A program made the position numbers and the translations under genes. Positions 1 through 10,411 of a stretch of DNA of 64,000 bases are shown piece after piece. Within the stretch, counting starts at the first letter, position 1, and each line of letters opens with the position of its first letter. Source of the stretch: an uncultured Gammaproteobacteria bacterium (GTDB lineage: Bacteria; Patescibacteriota; Microgenomatia; CAZETR01; Amesbacteraceae); the NCBI GenBank assembly GCA_964518565.1, contig CAZFGX010000001.1, positions 798,568 through 862,567 on the forward strand. The letters run 5' to 3'. The notes beneath the pieces were generated by a model that worked only from the letters and a program-made list of their open reading frames with translations, ran no database searches and was not told the DNA's origin.

Positions 1-1245
1 TGTTTTAGTAAGTTTAATTAATTCATTAGATCTCTTTTCCGTCGGCTTACCACTGAAATTTCCCTTGCCAGCTGTTGCCACTTCTCCAGCATCCAAACTC
101 GAGTCTTGTCTATTTTTTTGCAAATTTCCCACCACAATACCCTGAATTTTATGTTTAGAAATTTCAGTCAACAAACTCAAGAATTCTTTATCAGTTTTCT
201 CAATTGGCATTTTTACATAAATAGGCCGTGAAATTTTTAATTGATCTATACCAATTAACAGAGTTTTTAAACGAGAAATTTCATACAAGGATTTAGCTCC
301 ATCAAGATTGGGACAGCTAATATTCAATTCATAATATTTATGATCCATATCCGCATTTTCAAACTTTTTAAATGCCGAAATAATATGTTCAATTTCTCCT
401 TTTGCATCCCCAATACTCACTCCCACTCTGTTTTCAAATTTCTTACCAGACAGTTTTTTAATAATTGCGTCAGCTCCAGGATTTCTAAATCCTTTATTCA
501 CCAATAAAGATTTCGATTTAGGCAATCTTCCTAGTCTAGGCTTAGCATTTCCATCCCATGGCAAATCTGTAATCGTTCCAATCGTCTGAAAAGTAAAACC
601 CCATGCCGGCAAAACTTTTGTCAACCTTCCTTCGTAATCAAACCCCGCTGCCAGCCCTATTTCATACGGCAATACCCTGGGTCTAAACATCATTTTTGTT
701 AATCCTGAAACGCCAGAAATATTAAATGCCATTTCTCCAAATCGAACCATATTTACATGAACTTGTTCCGGATCCAATAAAAATAATATTGGCTTAACAA
801 TTTTTTTATATGCTAAACCAAACAACACAATAAACCACCATTTCCTTTCCCGATGCAAGCTATACCAAATACTAAAAAACAAAATCGTACTTGTAATAGC
901 TGAGACCATACAATATCCACAAATTACACCTAACACTCCCAATTGCAGATATACAAAATACCCAGACATTATGAGTCCCACCAGCGTCTGTCCTACCGCC
1001 AGTCTTTTAGACCAAGGTTTATTGATTCCCAACCACAACAACAAAAATCCATAGTGCACTACCCCCCATAAAGCCAGCGGCATACCAAACAAATAGGCAT
1101 ATTCACTTCTTAGTACCGTCCCACAATCGAGCCAAGCAAATCGATTAATTGAACAAGGTGGTAACGAATTACTAAAGTGCTCATAGCTCAAATAACTCGC
1201 ATCCAAAAAGCCCAAAATTGCCAATCCCAAAAGTACCCATTTCAT
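1..1245 (-). CDS. pyrD: VKOR-domain / quinone-dependent dihydroorotate dehydrogenase (class 2 PyrD) fusion, C-terminus truncated by window edge
   Basis: Hand-translated minus-strand ORF, ATG at 1245-1243 with GAGGT RBS upstream; no stop before position 1. N-terminus has 4 hydrophobic helices, a loop Cys pair (PPCSINRFAWLDC) and a CGYC motif at a helix start, the VKOR signature. This is followed by LLDPEQVH, GLAAGFDYEG, FQTIGTITDLPWDGNAKPRLGRL, NKGFRNPG, LNISCPN and KMP, which align to E. coli PyrD. Confidence 0.7.
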   Translation of the reverse strand, partial: MKWVLLGLAILGFLDASYLSYEHFSNSLPPCSINRFAWLDCGTVLRSEYAYLFGMPLALWGVVHYGFLLLWLGINKPWSKRLAVGQTLVGLIMSGYFVYLQLGVLGVICGYCMVSAITSTILFFSIWYSLHRERKWWFIVLFGLAYKKIVKPILFLLDPEQVHVNMVRFGEMAFNISGVSGLTKMMFRPRVLPYEIGLAAGFDYEGRLTKVLPAWGFTFQTIGTITDLPWDGNAKPRLGRLPKSKSLLVNKGFRNPGADAIIKKLSGKKFENRVGVSIGDAKGEIEHIISAFKKFENADMDHKYYELNISCPNLDGAKSLYEISRLKTLLIGIDQLKISRPIYVKMPIEKTDKEFLSLLTEISKHKIQGIVVGNLQKNRQDSSLDAGEVATAGKGNFSGKPTEKRSNELIKLTKT

Positions 1246-1261
1246 ACGAAGCAATAATACC

Positions 1262-2524
1262 TCAAAACAGTCGAGTTTGTACTTCTTCTTTTTCCGGCCA
1301 AATTTTGACTACTCCATATTCACCATCAAATCCTGGCTTAATAAAAATGTCCCCTCGTCTCACTTTTAATATTGCTTCAGCCAATCTTTCTCCAGCAAAA
1401 TTTTTAATTTCATCTGATGTTGTTCTCATTAAAATTTCCAGTTCATTACCAAATTTTTCAATCAACATCTCATAAATTGCTTTCACTTTTTTAGATCCCA
1501 CTCCCACCTGATGCACTTCTGCCAAAATTTCCAATAAAGACACCAGTCTTACAAATGGTGGCTTGGATTTATTTTTATCTTGATGCCACTGCATTCCCAC
1601 TTCATCTTCATACATAACCATTTCGACATGTTGCTTAGTCAAATCTTCAATTCGCTGCATGACTCCAACAGTTAACATTCGTCCACACACCGGACATTTT
1701 GTGCCCAAATTTCTTGTTTGTTCAGGCGTCTGGATTACTTTGCAAGCTCGATGTCCGTTGTAATGATATTTTCCTTCTTCAGGAAAAAACTCCACAGTAT
1801 AGGCAATAGATTTATTTTTTATTGCCTTATAAAGCTCAGAATAACTCAAGTTTTCCATTTCAAAAATTGTCGCTTCTCGTCCCATTTTTACTGCCGAATG
1901 CGCATCTGAAAAACTCACGATCGCCCGATTATCCAGTTCTGGTATTTGCCAATTCATTTGTGGATCCGATGAAATTCCGGTTTCGATTGCCAAAATTTTA
2001 TCAACATATGGTCCATATGCTTGACTCAAAGTATCAAATCCTCCAAATGCTCCAAACACCGAAAACCACGGTGTCCAAGCATGTGCTGGAATAATCAAGG
2101 CGTTCTCACAAATTCCAAATACGAGTTCAGCAATTTGTATACAAGACAAACCAACAATCGGCCTACCATCTGCAGCTAAATTACACCCTCGTTTAGCCAA
2201 TTCTTTATTTATTTTCAATGCGATATCTAAGCTAGGTACCCATATCAAAGTATGTACCCGCCTTACTCGTCCATCCTGTTTAAAAATCGAAGATATCTCA
2301 GTTGCCAACAAAAACTGCATCCCATTGCATTCATATATACCCTCAGACTTTTCTACCAATTTTTTCTGTAATTCATCAAACCACAATGGGTGAGTCCAAT
2401 CCCCAGTCGCCAACAAATCTATACCTTTTTTCTTCCCCCAGATTGCCATTGTCTCAAGATTCATATCCGGCGATACCGCCCGAGAATATTTCGAATGTAG
2501 TTGCAAATCGGCTACCACTCTCAT
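1262..2524 (-). CDS. PHP-domain metal-dependent phosphoesterase with C-terminal Zn-ribbon (endonuclease Q-like / TIGR00375-like)
   Basis: ORF track 420 aa; N-term VADLQLHSKYSRA (PHP His motif), multiple His/Asp, CPVCGRML zinc-ribbon. Confidence 0.5.
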   Translation of the reverse strand: MRVVADLQLHSKYSRAVSPDMNLETMAIWGKKKGIDLLATGDWTHPLWFDELQKKLVEKSEGIYECNGMQFLLATEISSIFKQDGRVRRVHTLIWVPSLDIALKINKELAKRGCNLAADGRPIVGLSCIQIAELVFGICENALIIPAHAWTPWFSVFGAFGGFDTLSQAYGPYVDKILAIETGISSDPQMNWQIPELDNRAIVSFSDAHSAVKMGREATIFEMENLSYSELYKAIKNKSIAYTVEFFPEEGKYHYNGHRACKVIQTPEQTRNLGTKCPVCGRMLTVGVMQRIEDLTKQHVEMVMYEDEVGMQWHQDKNKSKPPFVRLVSLLEILAEVHQVGVGSKKVKAIYEMLIEKFGNELEILMRTTSDEIKNFAGERLAEAILKVRRGDIFIKPGFDGEYGVVKIWPEKEEVQTRLF

Positions 2525-3615
2525 AATTCACTAAATGCTTTTTGATAAAACTGAATATCTTTCTTTACTGCTTCAGCCCAGTCCGGCTTCAAATTATGAT
2601 CTGCTCCTAAATATTCATAATATGTAATTTGTTTTTGATTCTTTTTTAATCCCGCCACCAATTGTCTACTCCAAGAAACAGGCACCTGATCATCAGCAGT
2701 TCCTTGATGCAATTGTATCGGAGCATTAATTAAATTATAAAAATTTACGACTGTGTAATCATCTACATCATAATCTTCTTCAAACATAGCTAAGTCTTTT
2801 CTCTGCGCCTTGCCATAATCTGCCGTCTCATTTGAAAATACTAAAATCGAATATGGAAACGGTGCTGACACTGGTGCCCACAATACCGTCGGATAATTTT
2901 TTCCACTCGCTTCCAATACTGTCAAAGTCACCTGTCCCCCATTACTATGTCCCCACAAACCAATTCTTCTAGTATCCACCATTGGCAAAGTATCAATTAC
3001 CGACAACAAATCTAGGTCGGTAGTATATTTCTGAAATCTTTCTTCAAACACATTTTCACTCGGCATACTGGATCCTCCATACCCCAAAAAATCAGGTGCT
3101 AAAGAAATCAGTCCATGCTTCGCATATTCTCGCGCGCTCGGTGCTGTCCCGGCTCCAGCTGCATAACCTTCCTGCTCAATAAACCCCCTCGATTGTAATA
3201 TTAATGGGCATTTATTTTGCCCTGTACAATTATCTGGAATATGGGCCAAACCAGTTGCAGTCTTTCCTTCTGTTTTAAAAGTAAACGGATACACTCCATA
3301 TGCCAGTTCATCAGTCTTCGCATTTGCTTCTATATGTTTTATCTGCTGACCAAGTTTTAGATCACTACCTTGTGGAACACGCTTTTGCAATTCGGGAATA
3401 GCATATTTTTCCAAGTTAGCCGCCTGCCGAGAAGACAAACACAACTTACCCAATTTTTGGCCTATATATTGGCTTAAATAGCTATTTTTACTTACCTGTT
3501 CACAAAACTCTTGTTTTGATTTTGGCTGTTGCTGTTCATAAAAATTCTTCTGCCAAAACCATCCCACTCCCACTCCAATCCCCAAACACCCCAATGCCAA
3601 TAAAATATATTTCAT
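2521..3615 (-). CDS. secreted alpha/beta-hydrolase (esterase / S9 prolyl-oligopeptidase-like)
   Basis: 364 aa, N-terminal signal peptide (MKYILLALGCLGIGVGVG), nucleophile elbow GLWGHSNGG, C-terminal D/H catalytic residues. Confidence 0.6.
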   Translation of the reverse strand: MKYILLALGCLGIGVGVGWFWQKNFYEQQQPKSKQEFCEQVSKNSYLSQYIGQKLGKLCLSSRQAANLEKYAIPELQKRVPQGSDLKLGQQIKHIEANAKTDELAYGVYPFTFKTEGKTATGLAHIPDNCTGQNKCPLILQSRGFIEQEGYAAGAGTAPSAREYAKHGLISLAPDFLGYGGSSMPSENVFEERFQKYTTDLDLLSVIDTLPMVDTRRIGLWGHSNGGQVTLTVLEASGKNYPTVLWAPVSAPFPYSILVFSNETADYGKAQRKDLAMFEEDYDVDDYTVVNFYNLINAPIQLHQGTADDQVPVSWSRQLVAGLKKNQKQITYYEYLGADHNLKPDWAEAVKKDIQFYQKAFSEL

Positions 3616-3647
3616 CCTTTGATTTTATCGCACTAAAAAAGCGCATT

Positions 3648-3769
3648 GTTCTCGGCTTTGACCCATCTTCATACCATCTTGTGACGGCACTATTGTAGGC
3701 GCTGGCGCGTTTGACGGCTCTGTTCGGAATGGGAAGAGGTAGTTCCACGCCGCTCAAAAAACCGAGAAC
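3648..3769 (-). rRNA. rrf: 5S rRNA
   Basis: Reverse complement gives helix I GTTCTCGG...CCGAGAAC and the conserved GGCGTGGAACTACCTCTTCCCATTCCGAAC box; about 122 nt, directly downstream of the 23S 3' end. Confidence 0.75.
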
Positions 3770-3974
3770 GATACGCTTTTTTTTAAAGGTAAATCTTGTT
3801 CCCTGGAAAGTGAAGAGAATAGTGTAGTAGAGCAAATGTATGGAAACTTCATCTGACATATTCGTACTGGTAAGCTAAAACGATTACTCGCCTTACACTG
3901 CCAGCCGCTTATACGGGGTAGTCTTCCCCGTGTCATGTCTATCTTGCGATAGACTAGTTCCTAATCTTGGGTAG

Positions 3975-4007
<33 letters not shown>

Positions 4008-4124
4008 CGTAGGTTCATAGCTACCCGGCGCTGCATCTGACGACACAACCGGCACACCAGCGGAACCTCCAACCCGGTCCTCTCGTACTAAGGTCGGACC
4101 CCCTCAAGAACTCACGACTCTACT

Positions 4125-4173
<49 letters not shown>

Positions 4174-4241
4174 CTTTTAACCGGCGAACAGCCGGACCCT
4201 TGGAAGGTACTGCCCCTCCAGGATAGGATGAGCCGACATCG

Positions 4242-4572
4242 CACTGTCGGATGTGACCCCGCTTACGCGGGGCGTTGACTATACCTTCACCCTCAATAGA
4301 TAAAAATCTAAAGTAGGGGCTGACGTCTTAACCTGCCTCAGCAGATTCCGTGGTCTTGAAACCACAAGTCGATACGGGGTCATACCGTCAAAGGCGGTAG
4401 CGGACTTCCCTCGGGGTTTTCCTTTAAACGTTCGCTTTCAAAGGAGTTCTCCGATATGAGTCAGTAAAAAAACTAAAAAATTAATTTGGTTCAGAACAAA
4501 AAATAAATACAAAATAACAAGGCTTGTTAATGCCATTACTGGCAACACACCCCGATAATAACCTGTTTGGTT
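4242..4572 (-). mobile_element. putative group I intron (no ORF) in 23S rRNA at E. coli site L2500
   Basis: A ~331-nt AT-rich insertion splits GGCACCT | CGATGTCGGCTC (peptidyl-transferase loop). Exon 1 ends in U and the insertion ends in G, as expected for group I splice sites. Confidence 0.5.
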
Positions 4573-5102
4573 AAGGTGCCAAACCGCCGCGTTAATGTGG
4601 ACTCTTGGCGGCGATCAGCCTGTTATCCCTAGGGTAGCTTTTATCCGTTAAGCCCGGTGCCTCCCACGAGGCATCCGAGGATCACTACGACCAACTTTCG
4701 TTTCTGCTCGAGTGGCTACTCTCACAGTCAAGCGCACTTATGCCGTTACACGACTCGCTCGATTTCCATCCGAGCCTAGTGCACCTTAGCACCCCTGCGT
4801 TACACTTTAGCAGGGTACCTCCCCAGTAAAACTGCCCCTCTGACCGTGTCTCCGATAGCGTTTCCAGCTACCTTGGGTGAGTGCTGAGATCTCAAAGCGG
4901 GAGGTGTTTCATCGTTGCCCGAAGGCTCCCTCCTACACTAAACTACCTCAAAATCCAGCACAGGGCCAGAGTACAGTAAAGCTCCATAGGGTCTTTTTGT
5001 CCTAGTAGAGTAAGGCCGCATCTTCACAGCCATTTCAATTTCGCCGGGTAATAGTTCAAGACAGTTATTCCCTCGTTATACCTTTCATGCGGGTCGGAAC
5101 TT

Positions 5103-5409
5103 CAATTATTTTTGTTTCTCTATGTCGCCATAGAGTTCGGACTATATCTTCATCCTGATGTTAGTTACATCAAGAGCTCTGCGTGTAGTCTCTGGGGATT
5201 TCCCGCCAAAGGCGGGATCTTTCCTGCTGATTGACTCCACCATCGGATTATCACTCTTTCGAGTACCTTTGGATACTGAGTTATTCCAGCATATAGCAAA
5301 GTTTTCACTAACCACCTGAAAGAAATATTTTTTATCTAATTTAACTAATGATAGGAACCTTAGTGCCCCGCATTATTAATAAAAATAATGTAGGGTCGGG
5401 CAAGTTATT
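5103..5409 (-). mobile_element. putative group I intron-like insertion in 23S rRNA near E. coli L1917-1931
   Basis: A ~305-nt insertion sits between GGTAGCGAAGTTCCTTGTCGGGT and AAGTTCCGACCCGCATGAAAGG (helix 69-71 region); the flanks align to E. coli 23S 1900-1960. Confidence 0.45.
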
Positions 5410-6890
5410 CACCCGACAAGGAACTTCGCTACCATAGAACAGTTATAGTTACTGCTGCCGTTCACTCGAGCTTCATTTCAACGCCTTGCGACGCATCCAC
5501 TTAACTTACGAGCACTGGGCAGGTCTCAGCCTGTATACCGCCACTTTCGTGTTCGCACAGACCTGTGTTTTAGTTAAACAGTCGGGAAATACTCTTTTGT
5601 TGTAACCTCGCTTACGCGAGGCAGGACATCTTGCATAGCTTACGTCCAGCTTTTTTGCCGAGTTCCTTGAACTACCTTCTCCCGATCGCCTTGGTCTTCT
5701 CGACCATCCCACCTGTGTCGGATTACGGTACGGCAAAATATATATCTCACTACGAATCTTTTCTCGAAAGCAAAAACTGCTTACATTGCCAAGTCAATTG
5801 CTCAAATTGGCTTTACATCACCGCTCAATTAAACGTCAATCCGGATTTTCCAGGATCAACTATTTTACGGCTTATACGTGCATTCACTGCACACGCGTAA
5901 GACTTCTCACTTTGTCCATCCCTAGCTGATAACGATATATATCTTGTAGTCGAATATTAACGACTCGTCCATCGGTTACGCCCACTACGGCCTCACCTTA
6001 GGTGCCGACTAACCCCCCGCCAAACAATGGTGCGGAGGAACCCTTGGGAATTCGGCGTGGATGATTCTCACATCCATCACGCTACTCATTCCGGCATACT
6101 CACTTGAGATCGCTCCAGCCCGCTTCACAGCAAACCTTCACTGCAATCTCAACGCTCCCTTACCACTCCCTTTCGCACGAATGCGAAAGAAAATCTGTAT
6201 CTTCGGCAGAATGCTTAAGCCTCGGTTCATTTTCCGCGCCAAACTCCCAATACTCGACCAGTGAGCTGTTACGCTTTCTTTAAAGGATGGCTGCTTCTGA
6301 GCCAACCTCCTGGCTGTCTGAGGAGTTCAACTGCGTTACACACTGAGCATTCATTTAGAGGCCTTAGATGACAGTCTGGGTTGTTTCCCTTTAGAGCGAC
6401 GCGCTTAGCCGCGCCGTTCTGACTCCCACACGGGTGACGAACACGAATTCGAAGTTTGACTGAGGGCCACAACTTGCGCTGCAACACCCAACCAGTGCTC
6501 TACCTCATGTTCGATACGTGTAGGGCTATACCTGTATATATTTCAGGGAGAGCCAGCTATCTCCTGGTTCGATTGGCATATTACCCCTAACCACAAGTCA
6601 TCTCATAACTTTGCAACGTTAACGAGTGCGGGCCTCCCCCCACCTTTCGGAGGGGTTCACCCTGCTCATGGTTAGCTCACCAGGTTTCGGGTCTTCCAGC
6701 ATGTGCTTTTTTTCGCCCTGTTAAGACTCGCTTTCGCTCCGCCTCCCCCCACTTGTGGGGTTAGACTCGCGCATGCCGAAAACTCGCCGGATCATTCTTC
6801 AATAGGCACGCCATCACCCCATATTGCTACGAGGCTCTGACTGTTTGACAGCAGACAATTTCAGTATCTATTTCACTGGGCGTCCCGCCC

Positions 6891-6931
<41 letters not shown>

Positions 6932-7514
6932 GGATAAGAGTATTTAGCCTTGGAGTGTGGTCACCCCGGATTCCCACAAGATCGTATTTCTCATGGTACT
7001 TGGGTATCCAATAGCATTGCGACACATTTCAGATACGAGACTATCACTCTCTTTGGTCAACATTTCCATGTTGTTCTCTTATCTGTCACAAATTACATAT
7101 TATGGACCCCGCAACCCCCAAGTCTTGCGACTGGGTTTAGGCTGTTCCGCGTTCGCTCGCCGCTTACTAACGGAATCTCGTTGATTTATTTTCCTGCCCC
7201 TACTTAGATGTTTCAGTTCGGAGCGTTCCCTTCCTCGCCAAAGGCGTAGGATCCTCATAAAGAGGAGGTTTCCCTATTCGGACACCGCCGGATCAAAGCT
7301 TCTTAGCAGCTCCCCGACGACTTTCGTGGCTATGTACGTCCTTCTTCGGCTCATTATCCCCTAGGCATTCATTGTCTGCTTTACGGAAGTAAAACATACG
7401 GCTCTACTAATTCAATTCTCTTCACTTTTAAAAGAACAAGACTCATCAAGTCAGCCGTAAAAGCTGATATCAATCCTGAAAATATTTCAAAACTGATATC
7501 AATTTTTAACGAGT

Positions 7515-7586
7515 GGACCCGAGCAGACTCGAACTGCTTACCTCCTCATTGCAAATGAGGCGTTCTACCAGGTGAACTACGGGCCC
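7515..7586 (-). tRNA. tRNA-Ala (anticodon UGC)
   Basis: Reverse complement GGGCCCGTAGTTCACCTGGTAGAACGCCTCATTTGCAATGAGGAGGTAAGCAGTTCGAGTCTGCTCGGGTCCA gives a cloverleaf with anticodon loop TTTGCAA; located upstream of 23S as in ITS regions. Confidence 0.85.
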
Positions 7587-7609
7587 ATAATTCCTGGGTT
7601 TTATATGTT

Positions 7610-7631
7610 AAAAAAGCCTCTTTCGAGGCTT
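7610..7631 (-). terminator. hairpin + U-run on minus strand upstream of tRNA-Ala/23S
   Basis: AGCCTC-TTTCG-AGGCT hairpin followed by a T-run on the minus strand. Confidence 0.3.
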
Positions 7632-7793
7632 GATTCATGGTATTTTGCTTCCTGCCGCTGGTACTAAAGCGTCCAGTTCAGGTTAAAAGAGGTAGATCGC
7701 AACATTTCCATGAGATAAACAGCCTTATGAAAGGTATCCACATATTAGCCTGTAAATCTACACCTGTCAAGGCAAACTTTGCTATACTAAATT

Positions 7794-9209
7794 ATGCCCC
7801 CTCAAGAACACGTAAAACCCGTATACCCCTTGATCACCATAGCCTCAGCGACCGTCTTTCTCATCAGCCTTCTCCTCTTCACTCCAAAGTCTTCCCCCCA
7901 ACCTCAACCCCAAACAACGCCCAAACAAACCCAATACCAGCTATTTCTCACCAGAATACCCAGTCCATTAGAAAAAATCACCATCGACAACCTGCCATCC
8001 ACAGAAGATCCCTACGATACGCTCAAATACCAAAATCGACTCATCTTTAGTGCCCAGGGTCATATCGTCGATTATGATCCAAATTTACGCCAAATCCTCC
8101 ATTATTCAGACCGTACCATCGCCAGATGTCTACGCGAGAAAGTAATTGTTAGTCATTATCTCTATGTCCCCTGCGACGAAGCTCCCACCTACCCCACAGA
8201 TTATGGTGACCAAACTCTGTGGCAGATCGACCTGACAGATTTTTCTGTCGCCAAAGTATATTCCCAAGCGAGCGGGCTTAATTCAGCCAGCAACCTCTTA
8301 CCAGTAGCCGATGGGGACACAATTTGGCTAGGTTCTTTTGACGGCTTGTCAAAATTTGATACCAAAACTGAAAAATTTACCACCCTTACCCCTCAACTGG
8401 GAATTTTTGGCACCCACATCCAGGTAAATAAAATCTTAGTCGACGATTCTCATGTCTGGTTTTACATCCCAGCTAATGCCTACTCGTCAGGTGGTATCAC
8501 GCTGTTTGACAAGAAAACTAACATCTTTACTCCGTTCAACTTTCAAACATTTGTCTCACCTCAATATGGCAGATTCGATCTAAATCAATGGAAACTTACT
8601 CCGGACGGCCTCTTGATTGCTTACTCAGACGATCGTATCTACAAAGAACAACTCTACAATTATCAAACAAACCAATGGCAATCAGTGAGATCTGAAAATT
8701 TTGATAACTACGAAAAAAATATCTCAAGATTTAAAACAGAAAACAGTCTCACAGTTCCGTACGACGACCCTCGTAGTTATTTGGCGCTTTCACCTACTAT
8801 AAATAACCAGCGTTTCGCTCTAACCAATAAAACGATAGATCTCATTACTCCCAATGATCCTTTTCCCATAATCCAACTAAAATTTCCCGAAGATCTGACA
8901 AATATTAGACCCAGTTATAACGCCAAAGACGGCATACTTTTTTACATTGACCCAGAAACCGAACTCGCGATCGTCATTGCAAATGTCGAATCTGGATATG
9001 GCGAACTACCTAGCCAAATGTACATAGTCGACTTGAAACAAAACACGATTCTCAAAAATACCTCCCTCTCCAGTGAAAAGTTTCCCTATTACACAATGAT
9101 TAATGCCCACGCAGAAAAAATAAACGACCAATATCAAATATTCAACGACACCAACACCTCACCATTTCTTGTCATAGACACCAAAACATTTGAATACAAT
9201 TTCAAATAG
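7794..9209 (+). CDS. hypothetical membrane-anchored/secreted protein
   Basis: 471-aa ORF, N-terminal hydrophobic anchor, Pro/Gln-rich spacer; no recognisable catalytic motif. Confidence 0.45.
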   Translation: MPPQEHVKPVYPLITIASATVFLISLLLFTPKSSPQPQPQTTPKQTQYQLFLTRIPSPLEKITIDNLPSTEDPYDTLKYQNRLIFSAQGHIVDYDPNLRQILHYSDRTIARCLREKVIVSHYLYVPCDEAPTYPTDYGDQTLWQIDLTDFSVAKVYSQASGLNSASNLLPVADGDTIWLGSFDGLSKFDTKTEKFTTLTPQLGIFGTHIQVNKILVDDSHVWFYIPANAYSSGGITLFDKKTNIFTPFNFQTFVSPQYGRFDLNQWKLTPDGLLIAYSDDRIYKEQLYNYQTNQWQSVRSENFDNYEKNISRFKTENSLTVPYDDPRSYLALSPTINNQRFALTNKTIDLITPNDPFPIIQLKFPEDLTNIRPSYNAKDGILFYIDPETELAIVIANVESGYGELPSQMYIVDLKQNTILKNTSLSSEKFPYYTMINAHAEKINDQYQIFNDTNTSPFLVIDTKTFEYNFK

Positions 9210-9210
9210 C

Positions 9211-10410
9211 TTACTCGTACCGCAACGCCACGATTGGATCCAATTTTGATGCCCGCAAAGCTGGTGTAAATCCAGCCGTAATGCCGACCGCACAAGAGAT
9301 ACCAAAGGCCAGCGCCACTGCCTGAGCTGTTACTGCTGTTTCAATGAATCTCGAAACCAGTGCCGCCAGTCCCCAACCCAATCCAATACCGATCAAACCT
9401 CCAAGTGCCGACAGCACAATAGCCTCAATCAAAAATTGCAACAAAATATCTCTTCGCTTCGCCCCTAATGCTTTTCGTAGTCCAATCTCACGCGTGCGTT
9501 CAGTCACCGACACCAACATGATATTGGCAATTCCGACTCCCCCCACCACCAAAGAAATAGCTGCAATACCAGCCAACGCTGCAGTAATTGTGCCCAAAAA
9601 TGTCTGGATTGTCTCCAAAATTTGCGTGGGTTTTAAGACGGTAAAGTCATCGTCTGTTAAACTCCGACGGTAAAAGTATTGTTTTATTTGCTCGACTGCG
9701 CGATCTACTTCCAGTGGTCCAGTAGCTTTGACCGTAATACTCCCGGGCGACTTCTCACCCAATAGTTGTCGCGCAGTCGTAGTTGGCATATACACCAAAG
9801 AGTCTTGGTCTCCTCCGCCAAACCCTCCACCTACTTTTTTCAGTACCCCAATAACCGTAAACTTTCTATTTGAAATTACGATTTGCTTTCCCAACACATC
9901 TGTTTCTTTTATCAATTTTTCTGGTATTGCTGACCCGACCACGACCACTGGCAATGCCCGCTCTTCTTGAGAGGCAGTAAACCAGCGACCACTAGATAAA
10001 TCAATATTTCTTAACGCCGGCAAATTTGCCCCAGCCCCATCAATAGATATATCCAAAGTCTCCCGTTTATACTCAGCCAGTCCAGATTTAAAAATCGACG
10101 CTGTTGCTCCAGCAATTGCTCCACCACGCCGATCCAAATTGGCCACATCTTCAAAAGTAAATTTCGGACTAAACGCTGTCGGCCTACCGCCACCACCTCG
10201 TAAATTCACTCGACCTGGCTGCACAAATACCACTTCCGATCCCAAGCTTTGAAATTGTTTTGTCACAAATGCCTGCAAACCTGCACCAATTGCCGTCAGG
10301 GCAATCACGCTCGCCACACCAATCACAATACCCAAAGTAGTCAAAACCGAACGCGACTTATTCGTTCGTATAGCCAATACAGCACTTCTAAATAATTCTA
10401 ATAAATCCAT
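9211..10410 (-). CDS. ABC transporter permease, FtsX/MacB family
   Basis: N-terminal TM, large periplasmic loop, C-terminal FtsX-type 3-TM bundle; the likely start is MDLLEL (10410), not the track start at 10482 that overlaps the ATPase. Confidence 0.75.
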   Translation of the reverse strand: MDLLELFRSAVLAIRTNKSRSVLTTLGIVIGVASVIALTAIGAGLQAFVTKQFQSLGSEVVFVQPGRVNLRGGGGRPTAFSPKFTFEDVANLDRRGGAIAGATASIFKSGLAEYKRETLDISIDGAGANLPALRNIDLSSGRWFTASQEERALPVVVVGSAIPEKLIKETDVLGKQIVISNRKFTVIGVLKKVGGGFGGGDQDSLVYMPTTTARQLLGEKSPGSITVKATGPLEVDRAVEQIKQYFYRRSLTDDDFTVLKPTQILETIQTFLGTITAALAGIAAISLVVGGVGIANIMLVSVTERTREIGLRKALGAKRRDILLQFLIEAIVLSALGGLIGIGLGWGLAALVSRFIETAVTAQAVALAFGISCAVGITAGFTPALRASKLDPIVALRYE

Positions 10411-10411
10411 A

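Noticed and set aside
1218-1475. 85-aa plus-strand ORF
   Set aside because: Antisense to and overlapping the junction of two well-supported minus-strand genes; low-complexity translation.
7637-8050. 137-aa ORF overlapping the start of the 7794-9209 gene
   Set aside because: Different frame, Pro/Ser/His-rich low-complexity product; the longer ORF with a hydrophobic N-terminus is preferred.
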